From Wickerhamiella versatilis (Eukaryota), in contig JAQOWU010000007.1 of the NCBI GenBank assembly GCA_030867685.1, positions 558,001 to 622,000 of the forward strand: a stretch of DNA of 64,000 bases, read 5' to 3'. Shown one piece after another: positions 10,038-19,217 of the stretch. Both the position numbers and the translations under genes were made by a program. Below the pieces are notes generated by a model. It was not told where the DNA came from. It saw only the letters and a program-made list of their open reading frames with translations, and searched no databases. Numbering within the stretch: the stretch's first letter is position 1; every line of letters begins with the position of its first letter.

Positions 10038-12551
10038 CTAAGCGGGAATTGAAAAATATCTCTGTCGGCAATCTACTGCGCGTTTACGGATTTCTCTTCG
10101 TGGATCACCGAGGGAAGTTACAAGCCCTCGAAGGACTGTCGACCGCCAGCGGCCGGCGCCATCGAGATGTGATACCGTGGATAAGGCGTCCAGGGCAGCA
10201 GCACGCACTTCCACAACCGGAGACTTCGTAAGAGCCAGGAACCGGGATATGAGCTGAGACAAATGTGGAACAAGAATATCTAATTGTGATGACGCCACGA
10301 TACATTCAAGTGCCGCATTTTGTACCACGGGGATAGATAGACGCAAGCTGGCAAGGAGCAGGGGGAGAATCCTCTCAAACGGCACAGCCTTTGCTGGAGT
10401 ATAGCGAAGAAGTGCGGCAAGTGCTATTAAGGAGGAGGAGCTAGGGAATTCTTCGATGCTCGGAAGGGTTTCTATAAGCAAGCGCTGGCGATACAAGTTG
10501 CGAACGAGGCAACCATTCTCCTTGACAAGCAGTCTATCAGATGCCACAAGAACACCAAATACACGCGCAGCGTACCCAGCTTCTTCACCTTGAAGCAAGG
10601 AAGTTATATAGCGAGCAATCTCATAGCCTTGCGCATCTTGGCGGGCTAGTAACCCCTTTGCAAGCCAAGCCAAAAGTTCGAGAGCATTCACGGCGTTTAA
10701 CTTCGTGTCGATCTGTTTACGCAACCATTGTGAGTAAAGTTGTACATCCAGCAGCTCAGGCCATTTATTTGCCGCAAGGGCAATAAACCTTAAATAGCCT
10801 GCACGTTCGAAAACACATCTCGACTTTGCCACCACCTCCGACAGCTTGACAAAGCTAGGACACACAGGGCACTCCTTGAGTCCAGCTATAGCACTGGTAA
10901 GAATGGTGAATAATGGTGACGGCGATAAAGAATTCAGCAGGTCGCCATATTGATTCACGACCAAATCCGGCCAACTAGCTGCAGCTTCTCGAGATGCCAA
11001 TTCAGCAAGACGAGCAACCCGGTCTATAATTGCTTGGGGTGTATCGCTTGTCACTTGTGCAAACAAGGGTGCAACAAATTTGTCCAACCCCCGAAGGTCT
11101 TCTTTTTTGAGCCGCGAGTAAACCGAGACAAGTGCTCCAAGAATCTGGGGACAGTCAGGCTGGGAAATGCTGAAACTGGACAAAAGGCGAATCGCTAGAT
11201 CCTGAGCAAGCGTTCTGCACACACAAATTTGAGTAAGTTCAGGTAAGGTTGCCGGCAACCCCATAACCAGCTGAGGAACCACTGTTTCCCGAAGCGCCTC
11301 AGGTCGTACTGCCGCGAGTTCAGCTAGCTTATCCCAAGAACCAGCGTCATAAAGAATTTGTGATACTAAAGGAGCATATTCTGCAGATTTTTTCGCCACT
11401 TGCAGCAAACCCTCTCTGGCCTCTCTATCGTTAGCCTCAAGAAGGATCTGAAAGAGCCCATCGAGGTCAGGTATGTTTTCTGCCTCTAAAAGAACATTGA
11501 TCAGCTTCACACGCTGCGACGGCGGTGTCTGCAGAGAATTAATTGCTCTAACTGCAGCAGGGAGGGTGCTGTCTATGGCAACAGCAAGGTGACAGAGTTG
11601 CAAAGCTCGTACGGAATCCATACTCTGGCTCATTTCATTATCAACCTCCTCAAGGAAAGCGGGAAGTCCAATGTAGCGCTTAAGGTGACTTATGGCAGGT
11701 GCAAAAGTATCGTTCTCAGGGGTACCGTAAAGAACTTCATTCTTCAATACATCCCATACTGGCTTCCACCATTTCTCAAGATCCCCGCTAGAGGATACTG
11801 CTACATCTAAAGCAGCCAATGCTTCACACTTCGTGGATAGTGCCAACGAACCAACTTTCTCCAGGAGGCCAGGTACCACATAGTGAGTGAGCTGTGGAGA
11901 AACTAAAACGTTTTGCAAAGCCATGCGTAGGTCGTCAGCTGTAATACTATATGGCATATCTTTTGGTGGATTGAATGTGACAGGAAAATAACAAAAGGTC
12001 ACATCGAAAACATCGCCAGCCTGCGCTTCTGATAGTTCATATCTATCCAAAGCCCTCTTTCCGATGTCAAATGACACCATAAGATTCTGTGGATCTTTTT
12101 CACCGGAGGTGAGCTCAGTCCATGTCGTAATAAAGTTTGGGTCGTGAAAATCGACAAGCGAGCGGAGAAGTTCTAGTACAGCTAGTCGAGACTCTACTGA
12201 CCAAGAACGGATCTCTAGTGAGCCTAGGCGCTGCAGTGTTTCAGTGACGGGAAATCCAGGCTTTGACACCAAGGACTTTAAGGCATTTGCCGCAGCCACT
12301 GTTGATTCTGTATCCCCAAGTCTATCTCCAAGAAACCTTGCAACAACAGGTAGATCGGAGCGTGGATTGTTACCCTGAGCAGCAACACTACCAAGAGCAC
12401 TTGTAGCCCTAGCACGCGCACCACCCTCTGTGCTTGTTAATGCGTCGCCTAGAGCAGGGACTAGATCCTGCAGCGACCATCCTTGAGCCAATTTTCTGGC
12501 AACTTCCTGATCTGTTGGATCAACAATCAGTGCGTTGACCAAGTGGTCCAT
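10038..12551 (-). CDS. MET18: MMS19/Met18 cytosolic Fe-S assembly HEAT protein
   Basis: GEKDPQNLM, FCYFPVTF, LYRQR and C-terminal LGDPRREIRKRAVDCR motifs. Confidence 0.92.
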   Translation of the reverse strand: MDHLVNALIVDPTDQEVARKLAQGWSLQDLVPALGDALTSTEGGARARATSALGSVAAQGNNPRSDLPVVARFLGDRLGDTESTVAAANALKSLVSKPGFPVTETLQRLGSLEIRSWSVESRLAVLELLRSLVDFHDPNFITTWTELTSGEKDPQNLMVSFDIGKRALDRYELSEAQAGDVFDVTFCYFPVTFNPPKDMPYSITADDLRMALQNVLVSPQLTHYVVPGLLEKVGSLALSTKCEALAALDVAVSSSGDLEKWWKPVWDVLKNEVLYGTPENDTFAPAISHLKRYIGLPAFLEEVDNEMSQSMDSVRALQLCHLAVAIDSTLPAAVRAINSLQTPPSQRVKLINVLLEAENIPDLDGLFQILLEANDREAREGLLQVAKKSAEYAPLVSQILYDAGSWDKLAELAAVRPEALRETVVPQLVMGLPATLPELTQICVCRTLAQDLAIRLLSSFSISQPDCPQILGALVSVYSRLKKEDLRGLDKFVAPLFAQVTSDTPQAIIDRVARLAELASREAAASWPDLVVNQYGDLLNSLSPSPLFTILTSAIAGLKECPVCPSFVKLSEVVAKSRCVFERAGYLRFIALAANKWPELLDVQLYSQWLRKQIDTKLNAVNALELLAWLAKGLLARQDAQGYEIARYITSLLQGEEAGYAARVFGVLVASDRLLVKENGCLVRNLYRQRLLIETLPSIEEFPSSSSLIALAALLRYTPAKAVPFERILPLLLASLRLSIPVVQNAALECIVASSQLDILVPHLSQLISRFLALTKSPVVEVRAAALDALSTVSHLDGAGRWRSTVLRGLVTSLGDPRREIRKRAVDCRQRYFSIPA

Positions 12552-12609
12552 CCAGTTACCAGGTTTAACGAGTGCCCGTTACTACAAGGTTAAGAATTAA
12601 TTGTGCGAC

Positions 12610-12629
12610 GTCACGTGATGTGGTTAGGG
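12610..12629. promoter_or_regulatory. Cbf1-type E-box (GTCACGTGA) next to a Tbf1-type GGTTAGGG site
   Basis: Exact motifs at 12610-12618 and 12622-12629 in the MET18/TAO3 divergent gap. Confidence 0.5.
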
Positions 12630-12689
12630 CTATATGTTGTGGATCTTGGTTCAGGCCTTCCATATCTCTAATTTGTTATCGAACAATCA

Positions 12690-12930
12690 GTTTCCAGCCA
12701 TTTTCCTGCATTCATTCTGATGAGATCTTTCTTGATCGTGCATAACTTACCTATTAGGCTGGAACCGAAAATGAAGTCTTAGGTAAATATTGTAGCGCTG
12801 CAGATAGTTTTCTGCACCCTGAATTTCAATCAAATAAGAAAAGAAAGAACCGAATTGAGATGAACGTTGAATTGAGGCTCGCTACTGACCGTGTCGGAAT
12901 TTTTTTTGGTAGTCCTAATGGATAACTAGA
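12690..12930 (+). ncRNA. Candidate structured ncRNA (identity unresolved)
   Basis: Several perfect complementary segments, ACTTACCT at 12745 and an Sm-like AAT(8)GG at about 12898-12909; see findings. Confidence 0.35.
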
Positions 12931-13101
12931 TATACACATTGTCGTTATTTTTCTTTGTTATTTTAAGAGTAGGTGCAGTTTCTAGCGTATTTTAATGCCT
13001 AAATCATGCAAATTAAATGTATTTAAGACCCTGATTATTCGATGTTCTCCGTTCCCCGGATACAGGAGTTGAACTAACCCCCCAGACTTACATAATTCCA
13101 T

Positions 13102-16100
13102 ATGGGCGACCAGGAGGGTCTGGTGCAGATTGAAATTCCAGACCTCAGCGAGTCTGCTCCGCAACCTGTTTTGCATCAGCCATCTAAGAGTATTGAAGAT
13201 GAGCTCCCTCAAGATGAAAAGAAAAAGCCACCAAGTGAATATGCTCTCCATATTCTATTTACCCAGTTCGTTCGCATTACTGAGAAAAAACTGGCAAATT
13301 TTGGCGAACTAACACGGGCCGAACAGGTGTTGGGTGAAGGAGCTGATGCAGATTTTGATATTGTTGTGCGTTCGTTGGGCCATATCGCGTGCAGACGGCC
13401 GAAGCCTGTCATCGACTCCGTGATGTACTGGCGGAAGTCCAAACGAGACGCAGCATCGAGTCATCGTGGTGCAGAACGCCGATCTCTGGCATCTATTTAT
13501 ATACTTAGCCGTGTACTTATGGAAGTTGTCAGACAAACACCGCCTGAGGTTTTGGGGGATGAGTTATCTGGCAAATTGGAAGATATCGTGTTCAAGCAAC
13601 TCCTTCAAGCAGATATTACCACACTTCGAGTTCCCAGCTTGCGGCATTCTAACTGGAAATTGCTTTCGCAGCTTTTAGGAGAACTGGCACGTTCTCGATT
13701 TGGCTCGGTATGTGACCGCTTTATATCACGATTGACAGAGAGTCCAGAGGAGCATATTATTGAAGCTATGCGCTATCTTTCTCTTCGTCTTTACCCGGTC
13801 GAGTATGTTGAAGAGTCTGCATTATTTGTCGAATCCCTTACTATGCTATATTCCCGAGTCCCCATTGCATCCTTAAAAGATTTATATGCCAGTGTTATGA
13901 CGTCCATGCTACTTCCCCTTGCAGGTAGTGTTTCTGTTGAAGTCAATCATCCAACCTGGGCATCGGCAATCGAACGCTTGTTTCATGAGGCATCTGAGGC
14001 GCGAAGACAAGATTGGGATCCACATTTCCGTCTCTCTGTTGCAGCACTTTGTGTTTCACCACAACCTGTATTTGTGAGTAAATGGCTACCGCTTGTAGAG
14101 GCCGGTGCTCGTCAACGTGGCACAGTAAAGTGGCTTCCACGTCTTGAGTCAGTGTACGAAGGGACTGCTCAGTTGCTATGGACATATGTATTCAGATGCT
14201 CTGAGTCGTTGAATGCCACTACCAGGAAATTAGCAGAATTGAAGAAACTTCTCTTGATGCCTAGCGGAAGGAAATACTGGCAGTCTCTCCCACCTCCGGC
14301 CGCCACGGCATTAGTGAAACTGGTCGTCATTGCTTTTCGAGCCTATCCCCAATTTGCCGTAGATGAAATGCTGTTTCATTTACTCAGTGGAGCAGATTCT
14401 TCACAGATAATGGCAAGACCTTCTGGTATCGACAATCCAGAAAGAGCGTTGATATCAGTACGGGCATTTAATGAAATTATGCGTGGGGGTGAGTTGGCTT
14501 TCCCTGTATCTTTTCTAGAGTCCAAAACTGATGTGTCTTCAGCACTTGCATCCCCACCTAAATTGTCAGCCCCTCTACAGGCATCCATTGACCTTTACGG
14601 TAAGTGCATCGACCAATTAGCAACGGAACTTTATGAACAGCCCCGACAAACCTCTGTAGTTCAGTTGGTTGGGCTTGCTACTACCCACAACCCGCCCCCT
14701 CCGGAACTTTGGGTAGAAATTTTGCGGAGCATGCAATGGTGGCCGCCCGAGCCACACAGACTAGAGCTTTTGGGTCGTTCTCTAGCGCATTATGATACAG
14801 TTGCCGACGTTCTACGTACTTTAGTGAGAACTGAAGATGCCAGAATAGTCATAACGGCATTCACAAAGAACCTATTACATGAGGACTTCCTGGGTCATCC
14901 GACTTTACATCTTCAACTCTACGCTGAGCTTCTTGAAATATGGGTACGTCGCGTCCGACAAGAACCGTCGCTAGGGAAGGATCCTGGATTGTATGCGACT
15001 GTTGAAGAAGTCGAAGGAAATGGGCTGTTCTTCCTCTGTTCTCAAGACCGTGCTGTCCGTTCATTGGCCTTAAGAGTTTTATGGCTTACAGCAGAGATGG
15101 ATCGTGCTGTTTCCTCCCGTCATGATCAACCTAGTAGGGTCATTGAACTCCTTCAAGCAGCAGAATTGGGGCCTCTCGTCAAACCTTTGGAAGCATCTAT
15201 GTCTGCCCCTGAGCGTGCGCGGGCTGCAAAGTTCCAGGCTCGTCGTGGGACGACGTTAGCACGACTTGTTGAGTCTGACTATGGTGTGGACGCAGCTATT
15301 TGGCTTCGTTTGTTTCCTGCTGTCATTCGCAGATGTTTTGACCAATACCCAATACCAGTTGCTTTATGTCGATCTCTTGTCTGCCGCAGGCTAGTGGATA
15401 TGCATGAACAAGTGACTGCCGTTGCAGATTCACGAGGAAGATCTGGCATAGTAGAGCAATGGAGGATATACGTTATGCTTGCTTGTGCAACGTTGACGTC
15501 CACCGACGAACAGAAACTGCATGTTCCTACCCATACTAGAAAGAAATCGACGCAAAAAATAACATTGCATCATCAGCAAATAACTTCAGCGAAGTCGGTA
15601 TTTCGAATTGTACTACCGCTGCTAAACGTTGCTAATGCCTCAATTCGCGATGCAGTGGTAGCAGGCGTATCTTGCATTAACGTTGCTACTTATCGCACAC
15701 TTCTAGAATGCCTGAGGCCCTATCTAGCAGAAGCACCTCGTCCGGCGACAGGGGCTACTCAAATTTTAGCACTCACAACTTGGTGCCTTAAGCAACTCGA
15801 AGTTGATGCTTGGATTCGGGCAGAGCTCGCAGGTATGCTTCAAACGTTGCGAATGCTGATTGTACAGTCACACGCAGATAATGATAGTTCGTATCTTGGT
15901 CTCCGGAGATGGTTTTGTACCTTCGCTGGCGACGCCTACGAAATCCTAGGTGAGTCTGCTCTCTTCCCTCCAGGGGGAGTACCAGGAGCTCAGCAGCGTT
16001 CGTCATTATGGACGGTAGTGGGTAGCTGGACGGCATATGGTGATCAGGCAGCAATCGTGGCCGAAAAATCTGCATCAATACGCCGACATGCTTCGTCTGC

Positions 16101-19083
16101 TGTAGTGGTTGCTGCCTACGAAGTGGAAAAGCGTGAGTTTGAGAAGGCTGCAAACAGGCTTTTAGCCGTTCTCTTGAGCCCCAGTCTTCCACCATCCTTA
16201 GACTACCAGACGCTTTTACGTTGGACAGCCACATTACTTACTGCACCACCACCTCTTAGGGATTCAGGACGAAAGGCACTTACTGCCTTAATTAAGGCGA
16301 ATTCGAGTCCTCAAGTCATATGGTATGGCTATAGACCAAAGATGAGCCTCTGGTTCTTGCAGGCACTGAAAGAAAATAACGTGCAAACGCCTGCTTCGAT
16401 TGGATTGGCGTTGTATAAGATAGGAGACACAGACCAAGAAACACGTATCCAAGCATATCATTCAATCGGTATTTTACCTGATCCTATTCCTTTCCAACTT
16501 CGGAGCTCAGCTCCTGCCGTTTACAAACGTGAGATTTTCCGACTTAGCGCGTTAGTAGCTGCGTCGAATCCTGAGCTTACAGCAGATATTGTTTCTGAGC
16601 TAACTCATGCCTTCTGCTGTGTCCCTGATTACGATCGTAGAGATATCTTGTCTGCCTTGCTGCCATGGATACATAACGTTGAGCTTTCTATGCCTATTGT
16701 TGGTTTTAATGCAACTTCTACTATGGTCTTGGCAAACCTCCTAGAGATTACGGTATCATTCGCTTCCCGGTTGCAAAATGAAGTTGAGGCTTTATGGGTG
16801 GCAGTTTGTGCAAGGCAACAGAATATACTAGTCGTGTTTGAATTTCTTGTGACATGTTGCCTGCGGCAGCCCAGTTTGGGATTGGTTACAGTATGCCGTC
16901 ATGTGCTCACGTACTTGATTGTGTCTCCACATATGAGTGTGGTGGTTGAAAAGCTACTGGACTACCTGGAACCAGACCAACTAGTAGCACCAAAGTCATA
17001 CCAATTTGATTTTTCTGAGGCTTCAGAGGCTTTTGGTTATGTTGCAAATTTGAAACAAATAACTTCTGCGCCTGGTGATGAGGCCGAATCATTTCCTTTT
17101 CTCAGGGGTCAGTTGGCATTGGTGTTTCTGGTGGACACAATTGCGTATGCACCCTCTGATCGTCTTAGGGATGCCACTCCTTCGCTTCTGCACATCAGTA
17201 TATGTCATGCAGATCATTTTCTGGGACTATTGCAATACAAATCGCGTAAATTTATTGGAAATCTAGCTTCAATTCTCGGATGTCAGAGTAGCCTGGATGA
17301 TCTATTTAAACTTCGTTGGGCATATGATGAAGCTTCAACGACACCTGAGGCTTTGAGAGAATTTGTCCGTGGCATTTTGCCCTTGTTTGAACCATTCATA
17401 CCTAATTTTGCTGCGCTTTGGTGCAAAGCAGCAGTAGAATGGGCTACAGCATGCCCAGTGCGCCATGTGGCATGTAGATCGTTCCAAATTTTCCGCTGCT
17501 TAGAGCCGCATATAGATCAAACCTCGATGGCTGCTATGCTTGCACGATTGTCTACCACTATAGCAGAGATTGATGCTCAAGATATTCAAGGCTTCGCCTT
17601 CCAAATACTGGCAACATTCACTGCCGTGGCCCCTGTCACATCCCTGGCGTCTTATCCCCAACTATTTTGGGCCACTGTCGCAACATTGGGTTCTCCTCTT
17701 GAAAGGGAGCATGCAGAGGCTTTAAAGACTCTTACGGCTATGCTAGAGGGATGGGATAAAGGTGCCGAACCACAAATACTTGATGCGTTCCCCGCGCAGT
17801 GGGAGTCTGAATTCCTTGGGCTAGCGAAGCTTTGCATCCCCGGATTACAATCTACACAATCGATGAATATTGCCTATAGTGCACTTGAGAAAGTTGCTGA
17901 AGTTTGGCCTCTTGGATTAGTCGGTGAAAAAGCTGTGGTCATTATTCTGGCTGCATTCTTGCCCCTGCTCATATTAGACCCAACACAGTCAACAACCGCG
18001 CTGCAATCACTTTGTCCAGGATCAGAACTTGCTCGAATTCTAAACTCACATCAGCATTCTAAGTTTTGGTCCATTAGAGATTTTATTCAACAGTATGTTG
18101 GTGCACTTGACACCGCATTTGGCGACGATGCTACCGATATTGTTTTGCTTTACTTTGGTCTGTTGTATAACAAAATTTTGCGACCCAAAGTTCTAGAAAT
18201 CCTGAAAATCCTACTTCCACGCGTACGATCTCGCTTGCAGCTAGGAGCAGATGCTGTTTCCCCACTACTGAGACTTCTACAGACCAAAGACGCTGAAGAA
18301 GCCCTTGACATTTTGGACGAAATAGGTACGATCGCCTCTGACGATAATGACAGGCATGTTTTGCGTATGAGCCTTGGTTCACGCCTTGTCCGTAAAGAAT
18401 ATGAAAATACAGTGACGGAGTTCGGTATACCTGATGAAAATGGTTGGGCAGTTCCACAGCCTGTGTCTCTTGGAATGCTTGCCAAGGTAAATGTGCATGC
18501 AGTGTTTTATACGTGCGCTACGTCTGTTGAACCCTCAGGTGATATTGAATTTACTGCCGAACAAACGCCACCTGCACCTGTTGATGAAGGTGAACCACTT
18601 GACGAAATGCATACAGTCCTTAACGACCTCGACTCTTTCTTTACGCAAATGGCACATGCACCACCACACACACGTCAACCATCCACAGCTTCTGAAGATC
18701 GTGATGATGCACAACTTTATGACAAGAAAGTAAGTGTTATCTTAAAGAGATCCCTTGTTCGTACGCCCTCGCAAGTTTCATTCAGAACATCTTTTGCTGA
18801 TCCGGCACCTCTATCTTCAGTCAATGAGGATATTTCTGAGTCCGCTACGCCGGAAAAAACACTTACACCACAATTAACGTCATCCAATGAAAGTGACATG
18901 TTCAAAGAATCACATAAGGAGGCCACATACTATCAGAGTACCCCAGTTGAGCAGAAAAAAGAACAACAACATGAGCAGGAGCAGGAGCAGGACTCCAGCT
19001 TCAGATTCGAATCTCTATTACGTGGGAAGCTACGACGCGGGAAAAACCGATCCTCTGAATTCAAGTTTCCACCGCGGGACTGA
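13102..19083 (+). CDS. TAO3: RAM/MOR network scaffold Tao3 (Furry/Mor2 family)
   Basis: EYALHILFTQF, PKPVIDSVMYWR, WATACPVRHVACRSFQIFR and FGIPDENGW motifs; 1993 aa. Confidence 0.95.
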   Translation: MGDQEGLVQIEIPDLSESAPQPVLHQPSKSIEDELPQDEKKKPPSEYALHILFTQFVRITEKKLANFGELTRAEQVLGEGADADFDIVVRSLGHIACRRPKPVIDSVMYWRKSKRDAASSHRGAERRSLASIYILSRVLMEVVRQTPPEVLGDELSGKLEDIVFKQLLQADITTLRVPSLRHSNWKLLSQLLGELARSRFGSVCDRFISRLTESPEEHIIEAMRYLSLRLYPVEYVEESALFVESLTMLYSRVPIASLKDLYASVMTSMLLPLAGSVSVEVNHPTWASAIERLFHEASEARRQDWDPHFRLSVAALCVSPQPVFVSKWLPLVEAGARQRGTVKWLPRLESVYEGTAQLLWTYVFRCSESLNATTRKLAELKKLLLMPSGRKYWQSLPPPAATALVKLVVIAFRAYPQFAVDEMLFHLLSGADSSQIMARPSGIDNPERALISVRAFNEIMRGGELAFPVSFLESKTDVSSALASPPKLSAPLQASIDLYGKCIDQLATELYEQPRQTSVVQLVGLATTHNPPPPELWVEILRSMQWWPPEPHRLELLGRSLAHYDTVADVLRTLVRTEDARIVITAFTKNLLHEDFLGHPTLHLQLYAELLEIWVRRVRQEPSLGKDPGLYATVEEVEGNGLFFLCSQDRAVRSLALRVLWLTAEMDRAVSSRHDQPSRVIELLQAAELGPLVKPLEASMSAPERARAAKFQARRGTTLARLVESDYGVDAAIWLRLFPAVIRRCFDQYPIPVALCRSLVCRRLVDMHEQVTAVADSRGRSGIVEQWRIYVMLACATLTSTDEQKLHVPTHTRKKSTQKITLHHQQITSAKSVFRIVLPLLNVANASIRDAVVAGVSCINVATYRTLLECLRPYLAEAPRPATGATQILALTTWCLKQLEVDAWIRAELAGMLQTLRMLIVQSHADNDSSYLGLRRWFCTFAGDAYEILGESALFPPGGVPGAQQRSSLWTVVGSWTAYGDQAAIVAEKSASIRRHASSAVVVAAYEVEKREFEKAANRLLAVLLSPSLPPSLDYQTLLRWTATLLTAPPPLRDSGRKALTALIKANSSPQVIWYGYRPKMSLWFLQALKENNVQTPASIGLALYKIGDTDQETRIQAYHSIGILPDPIPFQLRSSAPAVYKREIFRLSALVAASNPELTADIVSELTHAFCCVPDYDRRDILSALLPWIHNVELSMPIVGFNATSTMVLANLLEITVSFASRLQNEVEALWVAVCARQQNILVVFEFLVTCCLRQPSLGLVTVCRHVLTYLIVSPHMSVVVEKLLDYLEPDQLVAPKSYQFDFSEASEAFGYVANLKQITSAPGDEAESFPFLRGQLALVFLVDTIAYAPSDRLRDATPSLLHISICHADHFLGLLQYKSRKFIGNLASILGCQSSLDDLFKLRWAYDEASTTPEALREFVRGILPLFEPFIPNFAALWCKAAVEWATACPVRHVACRSFQIFRCLEPHIDQTSMAAMLARLSTTIAEIDAQDIQGFAFQILATFTAVAPVTSLASYPQLFWATVATLGSPLEREHAEALKTLTAMLEGWDKGAEPQILDAFPAQWESEFLGLAKLCIPGLQSTQSMNIAYSALEKVAEVWPLGLVGEKAVVIILAAFLPLLILDPTQSTTALQSLCPGSELARILNSHQHSKFWSIRDFIQQYVGALDTAFGDDATDIVLLYFGLLYNKILRPKVLEILKILLPRVRSRLQLGADAVSPLLRLLQTKDAEEALDILDEIGTIASDDNDRHVLRMSLGSRLVRKEYENTVTEFGIPDENGWAVPQPVSLGMLAKVNVHAVFYTCATSVEPSGDIEFTAEQTPPAPVDEGEPLDEMHTVLNDLDSFFTQMAHAPPHTRQPSTASEDRDDAQLYDKKVSVILKRSLVRTPSQVSFRTSFADPAPLSSVNEDISESATPEKTLTPQLTSSNESDMFKESHKEATYYQSTPVEQKKEQQHEQEQEQDSSFRFESLLRGKLRRGKNRSSEFKFPPRD

Positions 19084-19217
19084 CTGACTAACTTAAATCT
19101 ATCTTTACAATAATTAAGAGCATTTATTTAACCTTTACATCTTAATTCAAACACTCACTGTTTCCCAACATACCTGAATTTAGATTTAGTCGTGACAAAA
19201 ACGCAAGATAGTACTCA

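Noticed and set aside
12711-12775. Hammerhead-like CTGATGA...GAAA core
   Set aside because: No stem I between the would-be cleavage site and CUGAUGA, and the short GATC/GATC stem is followed by GTG rather than GAAA.
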